This document shows positions 53,101 through 60,107 of a stretch of DNA of 64,000 nucleotides, piece after piece. Position numbers and translations under genes: made by a program. This stretch comes from Clostridia bacterium. Lineage in GTDB: Bacteria; Bacillota; Clostridia; Oscillospirales; CAG-272. The notes below the pieces were generated by a model. The model saw only the letters and a list, made by a program, of their open reading frames with translations. It made no database searches and was not told where the DNA came from. Position 1 is the first letter of the stretch; every line of letters starts with the position of its first letter. The DNA is taken from the NCBI GenBank assembly GCA_017481495.1, contig JAFUPC010000024.1, positions 10,790 through 74,789 on the forward strand, in the 5' to 3' direction.

Positions 53101-54048
53101 CAGCGCACCGGCGCGCGTTTTGTGTTCCGCTTCCGCGAGAATGAGCGATGCGTAGCGCAGGCGGTTTTTCGGCGAAAGCAATTCCGCGGCGCGCTCGTCG
53201 CAGGCAAGCTCGGCATCCCGTCGGGAGAGAAACACGCAGACGTGGATGAGCGGATGCCACCAGAACACGCTCGTGACGGCACAGCGGACAATATTCCAGA
53301 ACGGATCGCCGCGGCGAAGGTGCAGATATTCGTGCAGAAGTGCCATCGCGCATTCGGGGTTCGGCCGCTCTCTGTAATCCGGCGGAAGATAGATGACCGG
53401 GCGCAGACCCGTGACACACGGCGTCGGTGCCGCGGCGGAAAAATAGATTTTGGTATGTCCGACGGTGCGCAGATACTGTCTGTCCCGTTTCAGCCGACGG
53501 TCAAACCGAACGGCGGAAAGTGCAAACCACGCCCCGCACAGAACCGCGCCCGAAATCCAGACGGTGTACAGAAACCCGGAAAGCCGGATACCGTCGGAAG
53601 CGTGTTCCGACGATTGGGACGAATCCAAAACGGCGGTCTCAACGGTCGGGATGACTTGCACCGGCGGAGCGGTTCCCTCTATGGAACTGTTTTGCGCCGC
53701 GGAAATGCTTTCCGCATCGGAAACGGTTTCCGCCGGTTGGAACACGGTCTGCGGCGAAAGCGGGGAAAGTTCCGCCGTGTCCCGGGCGGCGGGATTTGGG
53801 GAGGCGGCAAGGTCTTCCGCCGCGGTGTCGGCATTTGCCGTTTCTTCGGAAAACGCCGCGGCGGACGGTTCCCGCACGAAGCTTTCCGGAATGTCAACGG
53901 TAAACAGCGGAAACGGCAGAACCATCCGGACGAGTACGCACAGCCACAGGGCGCAGATGAGTCTCTGCGGCACCCGGCGGCGGAACAGGGCGCGGATGAT
54001 GATCACAGCGGCACACAATACCGTCAGGGAAAAGAGGTATGACAGCAT
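50185..54048 (-). CDS. BlaR1/MecR1-type M56 peptidase signal transducer with very large non-PBP extracellular domain
   Basis: M56 zinc motif LLHEYLHLRRGD and typical TM layout. After the last TM (AAVLAVTLTLAAAG), about 930 aa have no penicillin-binding motifs but carry Asp-box/BNR motifs STDGGKTW and TADGGETW. The start is probably ATG 54048 (TGAAATG junction with blaI). Confidence 0.8.
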   Translation of the reverse strand: MLSYLFSLTVLCAAVIIIRALFRRRVPQRLICALWLCVLVRMVLPFPLFTVDIPESFVREPSAAAFSEETANADTAAEDLAASPNPAARDTAELSPLSPQTVFQPAETVSDAESISAAQNSSIEGTAPPVQVIPTVETAVLDSSQSSEHASDGIRLSGFLYTVWISGAVLCGAWFALSAVRFDRRLKRDRQYLRTVGHTKIYFSAAAPTPCVTGLRPVIYLPPDYRERPNPECAMALLHEYLHLRRGDPFWNIVRCAVTSVFWWHPLIHVCVFLSRRDAELACDERAAELLSPKNRLRYASLILAEAEHKTRAGALTAAFSADPVKERIVRLTTPAKNRGIAAVLAVTLTLAAAGCSLGGVEKASDVSDTDDLPDADRFAALSVSDSGFSAGVVGRMYETMTYPIPASLSWNLCPLPAVAGETQMVSYPFTDRYRVYVTYTPHTDDRGNTAHRDVLLAVIDTQNPGEAQTSFMEYLDTTAAPTSIAYTPDGNTCILYAANENGTTGNAYAVTANPDGTLSCTETAPDAYPETVAYSVRRTSPDGSVTVTEQDNGFTVTCANGRETHFSGGEVFRGFTDENRVLYALYDGETPAGWGIYDAQTDTDDRRAETGTSALGAWDGTVYIERNTFVGGVPRQNAVYAVSADGEERLLAVCRDGTSQDTDAGVYTFSKSDRLVFEEGIWLHYDVRDPETDLQAHYFGEDVHTVRCLSPDLSETYLVTYAPFDETYRDDFWRYDLVRCGDVLTLVYAACDQRTITPEETVLWEMPVDGYKNYLFCCASPETPSGMMMYFDALYESEKEPVPDRSGTYYMNEVEIPDGIPYDGITVLPYVSVEERRSEEAQAWYFCLAAELRYRGEARYLRLYRRTSAESAPFCVECELTEEEYLAYERLAYPDGGAAGTVSSQMTVSGPYTPYLASLESNEIELYTAEGGAYIASIPWDIIADFPANDRSTPEKIASWEPHWLSWSAAYYAEYGDTRWAVLTNLDTSLGTAQKNAMRSTDGGKTWQMLPEPSAEGSHPGVMTGAGFASADVAFVGYAYSMDAGPEILRTADGGETWERLTLPLPDGIAAYAYDPLVPIFDGAVGTYPVRAYMENGGRRILYFVTDDYGMTWQYASAATEDGTDVPRADITVLSTEAFFGESVPETEESVLFTSAPVGGIPRYVVYRDDPAMVFWWYNQNIDLCCRASLSLPDNYENGYLFHGSAGGGSGEVNLFVMAERWDTGETVYLQYAMPPYSFGDSDTSLSAVVEEVTEERFLEPGIPDYEDILARIEKRKEDTGSSAGS

Positions 54049-54049
54049 T

Positions 54050-54469
54050 TCAGTTTCCTCCGTTTTTGTCAAGGTTCCGTTCCGCATCCGCGATGATCTT
54101 GCGCAGTGCGGCGATGTCTTCCTCCTTCAGCGCGTTCCGTCCGGCAAGCGACGACATCATCATCCCGACCGAGCCGTCAAACACGCGGTCAAGAAACGAA
54201 TCCGTCTCCGCCGGCACGACGTCCGCGCGGGTGATGACGGGGTAATACTGCTGTATCCGCCCCGTGTCGTCCACACGGACGGCACCTTTGGCAATCAGCC
54301 GTTTCAGCATGACGAAAACGGTCGTTTTCGTCCAGCCGGTGTCGCGGGACAGCGCCCCGACCATCTCCGCAATCGAGCGCGGCTCCTTTTCCCAGAGCAG
54401 CTTCATGAGTTTCCATTCTCCGTCGGAGAGGGTGACGGTGGGGGTGGTTGGTCTTTTGGGGTCGTTCAT
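54050..54469 (-). CDS. BlaI/MecI/CopY-family winged-helix repressor
   Basis: 139 aa. SDGEWKLMKLLWEKEPRSIAEMVGAL...GWTKTTVFVMLKRLIAKGAV fits the Penicillinase_R family. GAGAGG RBS. Confidence 0.85.
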   Translation of the reverse strand: MNDPKRPTTPTVTLSDGEWKLMKLLWEKEPRSIAEMVGALSRDTGWTKTTVFVMLKRLIAKGAVRVDDTGRIQQYYPVITRADVVPAETDSFLDRVFDGSVGMMMSSLAGRNALKEEDIAALRKIIADAERNLDKNGGN

Positions 54470-54519
54470 TTTCGATTCCTCTCTTTCTGTATTTGTGGTT
54501 CCTTCTTGCATTTTTACAC

Positions 54520-54974
54520 TGTAGGGGATTGTTTCCGTTGAACCGTTACATTGGCAAGAACACGAGCGGAAAGGTTCGCACGGTAGCCCTCCTCCGGGAG
54601 GGGGGACAGTCTTACACCGTTCAACGAAGTTGCACCGTTCAACAAAGTTGAACATGAAGGTGCAAGACAGGGGGGAGCCCGACGGCGGGAAATCTTTCGC
54701 ACCGCCGTGGGTACTCTCTCTGTAAGTGTCCCCTACAGATACAGCATGAAGCAATACACGGCAAAAAGATAGAAGATTATATTCTTCATGTAAACATAGC
54801 ATAACGCGTTATCTTTTTTACCGAATTAGTCACTTTGTGCGGGAGTACCAATAGCAGTACAGCATCTTTCCCGCCGTCGGGCTCCCACCTGATTTTCCGC
54901 TATAGGCGTAAAATCTGTCCCCCCTCCCGGAGGAGGGCTTCCGTGCGAACCTTTCCGCTTCTATTCTTGCCAAT
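54520..54974. repeat. Mosaic element TGTAGGGG (54520) ... CCCCTACA (54737) plus inverted partial second copy
   Basis: Segment 54550-54609 is 56/60 identical to the reverse complement of 54915-54974. GGGAGCCCGACGGCGGG (54673-54689) is the reverse complement of 54870-54886. An internal direct repeat CACCGTTCAAC occurs twice. Confidence 0.85.
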
Positions 54975-55172
54975 GCAAAGTTTTCACCGAAACATCATAC
55001 CACAGAATTATTGTATTGATCGGTTAACGCCTGTTATCTTAAGTATACCACGCCGGTTAACGGATGTCAACCGGTTTTCCGTATTTTTACAAACTGTTCA
55101 TTTTTTCATTTTCCAATATCAACCGCCGCACAGCTTTCACCGCAGGTTTTTCACCAATTTTCCGGAATCCTA

Positions 55173-55201
55173 TTGACATTTCCCACAATTTTTGATATAA
55201 T
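55173..55201 (+). promoter_or_regulatory. Consensus promoter of glyQS
   Basis: TTGACA, exactly 17-nt spacer, then TATAAT; about 50 nt upstream of the ATG. Confidence 0.7.
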
Positions 55202-55255
55202 TAAATATCCATATAAAAATCTCCCCTTATCAAAAAGAAAGGTGTGTACCATACA

Positions 55256-56671
55256 ATGAACAACAGCGAAAAGACAATGGAAAAAGTGGTCGCGCTCTGC
55301 AAAAACCGCGGCTTTGTCTATCCCGGCTCCGAAATTTACGGCGGCCTTGCGAACTCCTGGGACTACGGCCCGCTCGGCGTGGAGCTGAAGAACAATGTCA
55401 AGCGTGCATGGTGGAAGAAGTTCGTGCAGGAATGCCCGTACAACGTCGGTCTGGACTCTGCGATCCTGATGAATCCCGAAACATGGGTGGCATCCGGTCA
55501 TCTGGGCGGCTTCTCCGACCCGCTCATGGACTGCAAGGTCTGCAAGACCCGTCACCGCGCGGACAAGCTGATTGAAGAATATGTCGCCGAAAACAACCTC
55601 TCCGACAATCCCGCCGGAATGTCCGATGCGGAAATGCAGTCCTACATCAAGGAGCATCACATCGTCTGCCCGTCCTGCGGCTCCGCAGACTTCACCGACA
55701 TCCGCAAGTTCAACCTGATGTTCAAGACATTCCAGGGCGTCACCGAGGATGCGACCAACACCCTTTATCTCCGTCCCGAAACCGCACAGGGCATCTTTGT
55801 CAACTTCAAAAATGTCGCAAGAACCACCCGCAAGAAGATCCCGTTCGGTGTCGGTCAGATCGGCAAGTCTTTCCGTAACGAAATCACCCCCGGCAACTTC
55901 ACGTTCCGTACCCGCGAATTCGAGCAGATGGAACTGGAATTCTTCTGCAAGCCCGGCACGGATCTTGAATGGTTCACCTACTGGAAGGACTACTGCGCAA
56001 ACTTCCTTTACAACCTGAACATGAGCCGCGAGAACCTCCGTCTGCGCGACCACGATGCAGAAGAGCTGTGCTTCTACTCCAAGGCGACCACCGACTTTGA
56101 ATATCTGTTCCCGTTCGGCTGGGGCGAGCTCTGGGGCATCGCAGACCGTACCGACTACGACCTGACCCAGCACCAGAACCACTCCGGTCAGTCCATGGAT
56201 TACTTCGATCCGGACACGAACGAAAAGTACGTTCCCTACGTCATCGAGCCGTCGCTCGGTGCTGACCGCGTGACCCTTGCGTTCCTCGTCGAAGCCTACG
56301 ACGAAGAAGTCATCGACGAAAAGGACACCCGTGTCGTCATGCGCTTCCATCCGGCACTGGCACCCGTCAAGGCCGCTGTCCTGCCCCTGTCCAAGAAGCT
56401 CGGCGACAAGGCAATGGAAATCTACACGCAGCTCTCCAAGTATTTCAACGTCGACTACGACGACTCCGGCTCCATCGGCAAGCGCTACCGCCGCGAAGAC
56501 GAGATCGGCACGCCGTACTGCATCACCGTTGACTTCGACACCGTCGGCGATGAAGCCAAGGGCATTGCCGCAGACAACTGCGTCACCGTCCGCGACCGCG
56601 ACACGATGGAACAGGTCAGAATTCCCGTCGAAAATCTGCTTTCCTATCTGCAGGAAAAGATGGAATATTGA
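55256..56671 (+). CDS. glyQS: Glycine--tRNA ligase (alpha2 homodimeric type)
   Basis: [40 protein letters not shown] is the canonical GlyQS N-terminus. Class II motifs are present. ATG 55256 lies about 10 nt after GAAAGGTG. Confidence 0.95.
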   Translation: MNNSEKTMEKVVALCKNRGFVYPGSEIYGGLANSWDYGPLGVELKNNVKRAWWKKFVQECPYNVGLDSAILMNPETWVASGHLGGFSDPLMDCKVCKTRHRADKLIEEYVAENNLSDNPAGMSDAEMQSYIKEHHIVCPSCGSADFTDIRKFNLMFKTFQGVTEDATNTLYLRPETAQGIFVNFKNVARTTRKKIPFGVGQIGKSFRNEITPGNFTFRTREFEQMELEFFCKPGTDLEWFTYWKDYCANFLYNLNMSRENLRLRDHDAEELCFYSKATTDFEYLFPFGWGELWGIADRTDYDLTQHQNHSGQSMDYFDPDTNEKYVPYVIEPSLGADRVTLAFLVEAYDEEVIDEKDTRVVMRFHPALAPVKAAVLPLSKKLGDKAMEIYTQLSKYFNVDYDDSGSIGKRYRREDEIGTPYCITVDFDTVGDEAKGIAADNCVTVRDRDTMEQVRIPVENLLSYLQEKMEY

Positions 56672-56693
56672 TTTCTGTAATTTTCAGATAAAG

Positions 56694-56737
56694 ATAACCT
56701 CCGTCCCGGATGTCCGTGGCGGGGGTTATGTTTTTTG
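56694..56737 (+). terminator. Rho-independent terminator after glyQS
   Basis: ATAACCTCCG-n16-CGGGGGTTAT (one G-U pair) followed by GTTTTTT. Confidence 0.75.
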
Positions 56738-56970
56738 GGAGTAGGAGATATTGGATATAGGAAACGCGAGAAAAGAAGCCTTTTGCAAGGACGCAAATAA
56801 GAAGGTTCACACGTTAAACTATCCCGCCCGCATCCTCTCCAAAATAAATATAACAAATACAAAATCCGATAAAATTCCCCAAACCCCTTGCTTTTTTCCT
56901 CCAAATGCAGTATAATATATATTTAGACTCATAAATCAATCCATATTCTGAAAGGACATTCTCAATTCCC

Positions 56971-58635
56971 ATGAAACTCTTCCAGCCCAAACTCCTCTCC
57001 AAAGATGTCATGGGCGGATACAACGCAAAACGGTTCACCTCCGACCTTGTTGCCGGGATCATCGTTGCCATCATTGCGCTTCCGCTCTCCATTGCGCTTG
57101 CCATCGCATCCGGCGTTTCTCCCGAAAAGGGCATTTACACCGCGATCGTCGCCGGCTTCGTCATCTCGTTTTTCGGCGGCAGCCGTGTCAACATTTCCGG
57201 TCCGACGGCGGCATTTGCGACCATCGTTGCGGGCATTGTCGCGCAGTACGGCACCGACGGGCTTGTCACAGCGACCCTGATGGCGGGCATCCTGCTCATT
57301 CTGATGGGCATCTGCCGCTTCGGTGCGCTCATCCGCTACATTCCGTACACCATCACGACCGGCTTCACCTCGGGCATTGCCGTCACAATCGTTGTCGGTC
57401 AGTTAAAAGACTTCCTCGGTCTGACCTATCCCGACGGGACCCATGCCGTTGAGACGATGGAAAAGCTGGAAGCCGTCGCGCGCTCCATCACGACCGTCAA
57501 TCCCGTGGCACTTCTGGTGGGACTGTTTGGGCTTGCCATTCTCATTGCGTGGCCCTATGTGCCGAAAATCGGCAAAAAGATCCCCGGCTCCCTCATCGCC
57601 GTACTTGCGGGGACTGCCCTTGTCAAGCTCTGCAATCTCAATGTCAACACCATCGGAGACCTGTACGAAATCGGCCGCGCCCTGCCCGCCTTCTCCGTTC
57701 CGTCCATCTCTCTTGACACGGTGGGCGAGCTGTTCCCCTCTGCCGTGACCATTGCTGTTCTTGCCGGCATTGAATCCCTGCTCTCCTGCGTGGTCTCCGA
57801 CGGCATGATCGGCGACCGCCACAACTCCAACACGGAACTGATGGCGCAGGGTCTGGGCAACATTGCCTCCGGGCTTTTCGGCGGCATTCCCGCAACCGGT
57901 GCCATCGCACGCACCGCGGCGAATGTGAAAAACGGCGGCCGCACGCCTGTTGCCGGCATCGTTCACGCGCTTGTGCTTCTGCTTGTTCTGGTCGTTCTGA
58001 TGCCTTATGCCGCATGGATCCCGATGCCCATCATCGCGGCGATTCTGTTCATGGTCGCCTACAATATGTGCGAATGGCGGCACTTTGTGGAGATCTGCAA
58101 GATCGCCCCTGCCGGCGACATTCTGGTTCTCGTTCTGACCTTTGTGCTGACGATCATCTTCGACCTTGTCGTTGCCATTGAAGTGGGAATGCTGCTCTCC
58201 GTCATTCTGTTCATGAAGAACATGGCGGACATCACGCACATCCGCACCTGGTCTGCCGCCGATGCCTACGAAGAAGAACACGAAAGCAAATCCGCCAAGC
58301 CCATTCCCGCCGGCGTTCAAGTCTGCGACCTGGAAGGCCCCATGTTCTTTGCCTCCGCCGACACCTTCCGCGGCATTGCGGTCAAAGACGGTGTCCGTGT
58401 CATCGTTCTCCGTATGCACGGCGTTCACACGCTGGACGTCACGGCAATGCGCTCCCTCCTCTCTGTCAAGAATGCCTGCGATGAGCGCGGCATTGTGATG
58501 ATTCTCGCGCACGTCAACGAGCAGCCGCTCTCTGTGATGAAGAAAGCCGGATTCCTCTCCCGTCTGGGAGATGGCAATGTCCTGCCGGACATTGATACGG
58601 CTCTGATGAGAGCCGCGGAGATTACCGGGGCATAA
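56971..58635 (+). CDS. SulP-family anion transporter with C-terminal STAS domain
   Basis: DLVAGIIVAIIALPLSIALAIASG N-terminal signature, polytopic core, and a C-terminal STAS-like region (VCDLEGPMFFASADTF...VIVLRMHGVHTLDVTA). Confidence 0.9.
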   Translation: MKLFQPKLLSKDVMGGYNAKRFTSDLVAGIIVAIIALPLSIALAIASGVSPEKGIYTAIVAGFVISFFGGSRVNISGPTAAFATIVAGIVAQYGTDGLVTATLMAGILLILMGICRFGALIRYIPYTITTGFTSGIAVTIVVGQLKDFLGLTYPDGTHAVETMEKLEAVARSITTVNPVALLVGLFGLAILIAWPYVPKIGKKIPGSLIAVLAGTALVKLCNLNVNTIGDLYEIGRALPAFSVPSISLDTVGELFPSAVTIAVLAGIESLLSCVVSDGMIGDRHNSNTELMAQGLGNIASGLFGGIPATGAIARTAANVKNGGRTPVAGIVHALVLLLVLVVLMPYAAWIPMPIIAAILFMVAYNMCEWRHFVEICKIAPAGDILVLVLTFVLTIIFDLVVAIEVGMLLSVILFMKNMADITHIRTWSAADAYEEEHESKSAKPIPAGVQVCDLEGPMFFASADTFRGIAVKDGVRVIVLRMHGVHTLDVTAMRSLLSVKNACDERGIVMILAHVNEQPLSVMKKAGFLSRLGDGNVLPDIDTALMRAAEITGA

Positions 58636-58664
58636 GCCGGCGCACCCACCTCCGGATGATTTTG

Positions 58665-59003
58665 TTGGGGAGCCTATTAGGCTCCAGCAAATCAGAAAAT
58701 CTTTCGCAGACGCATCTGCACTCCCGCTGTAAGCGAACGGTTCGCACGATAAACCTTCCCCTTGGGGCAATGCTGTCAACTTAAGAAAAGCGGCATTCAT
58801 TACGTCTGTAGGGGCACCCATATGGTTTCGCTTTGCGAAACCTTGCGTTCGTAACATATCGGTAAGATGTCGAAATATCATGAAAAATAACATTGTGGTA
58901 TGTTTTTTCAAACGATATAGACAGCATATCGTTTGGTAACGGACGCCCAATGGGCGCCCCTACAGAGTTAGAGAAAGCGTGTTCTCATTCTTAAGTTGAC
59001 AGC
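58665..59003. repeat. Nested inverted-repeat element: outer GCTGTCAACTTAAG / CTTAAGTTGACAGC, inner TGTAGGGG / CCCCTACA
   Basis: Perfect 14-bp outer inverted repeats at 58772-58785 and 58990-59003; inner pair at 58807-58814 and 58957-58964. Modules GGAGCCTATTAGGCTCC, ATCAGAAAATCTTTCGCA and GGTTTCGCTTTGCGAAACC are present. Confidence 0.85.
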
Positions 59004-59072
59004 ACTACCCTCTTGCCGGACACGCGTAAGCGGTGGATAAGGTCTCCGCCGGTTGAATGTAAAAAGATACAA

Positions 59073-59110
59073 AAGGATCCACGCTCCGCTTGGGGTATGG
59101 ATCTTTTTTA
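59073..59110 (+). terminator. Rho-independent terminator (probable true end of sulP transcript)
   Basis: AAAAGGATCCA-n16-TGGATCTTTT followed by TTAT. Confidence 0.7.
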
Positions 59111-59142
59111 TACGGAAATTTCGGTTATAATCAAGGTTGCCC

Positions 59143-59171
59143 TTGTTTTTCAGCGGAATCTATGGTATACT
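59143..59171 (+). promoter_or_regulatory. Promoter candidate for methyltransferase gene
   Basis: TTGTTT, 17-nt spacer, then TGgTATACT. Confidence 0.5.
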
Positions 59172-59204
59172 GAATATATAAAAAGGAAAACAGGAGGACT
59201 TCCC

Positions 59205-59981
59205 ATGAACATACTGACCCCGAACATCATCACCGAAAACTACGCCGACCTGCCGCCCCTGCGGCTGGACACAGCGAAAAATCTTGCCGACACGCGCGCC
59301 TATGTGGAGGGGATGCTGTCCCGTCCGGCGGAAGAAATGGCGGAATTTTTCACGGTACGCGAAAACGGCTACGACGAACATATGCAGATGTTCGCGCCAT
59401 GTTACGATGTGACCGCATCGCACATTCCTGCCGACTGCCGCACGCTTCTTGACCTTGGATGCGGCACGGGGCTGGAGCTGGATGCGCTTGACCGCATCTG
59501 CCGATCGGAAAACCGCGCCTTTCCCCGCGTGGTCGGCGTGGACATGACGGAAGCCCTGGTCGCACAACTATACAAAAAGCATCCGGACAAAGACATCACC
59601 GTGACCCTCGGCAGCTATTTCACCGTTCCGCTCGGGGAACAGGAATTTGACTGCGCGGTCTCCGTGGAATCCATGCACCACTTTTCGCTTGACGAAAAGC
59701 TTCCTCTGTTCCGGCGCATCTACGATGCGCTCCGCCCCGGCGGTATCTTTCTGCTCTGCGACTATTACGCCGCCTGCGAAGAAGAAGTCGCCCTCTGCGA
59801 AGAGCATTTCCGCATCCGCCGCGCGAAAGCCGCCCTCTCCCCCGATGCGTTCGTTCACATCGACCGCCCGCAGCTGGCGTACAAAGAAGCCGAAGTGCTT
59901 CGGAACGCGGGATTTTCGCGCGTGCGGTTCTGCACCGTCGGGGTGGAGGGGACGTTATTATTGATGGCGGAGAAAGCGTAG
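59205..59981 (+). CDS. Class I SAM-dependent methyltransferase
   Basis: Motif I LLDLGCGTGLE, with later GGIFLLCD. ATG 59205 follows CAGGAGG. Confidence 0.8.
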   Translation: MNILTPNIITENYADLPPLRLDTAKNLADTRAYVEGMLSRPAEEMAEFFTVRENGYDEHMQMFAPCYDVTASHIPADCRTLLDLGCGTGLELDALDRICRSENRAFPRVVGVDMTEALVAQLYKKHPDKDITVTLGSYFTVPLGEQEFDCAVSVESMHHFSLDEKLPLFRRIYDALRPGGIFLLCDYYAACEEEVALCEEHFRIRRAKAALSPDAFVHIDRPQLAYKEAEVLRNAGFSRVRFCTVGVEGTLLLMAEKA

Positions 59982-60107
59982 AGATTTCCGAAAAATAATT
60001 TTCCAAATCCCCCAACCTTCCCCTTAAAAAAATTGTCTGTTATACGAGTACTCAAAAAGGGAGCGCGAACCGCTTCCCCGAAATACGAAAAGAAAGGAAG
60101 ATGCCCC

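Noticed and set aside
54515-54527. The idea that the TGTAGGGG ends of the whole repeat family are BlaI/CopY-type TACAnnTGTA operators.
   Set aside because: Only the copy next to blaI forms a TACA-n-TGTA dyad, and with 1-nt rather than 2-nt spacing. Other copies have a TGTA half-site alone. The family-wide link is unsupported speculation.
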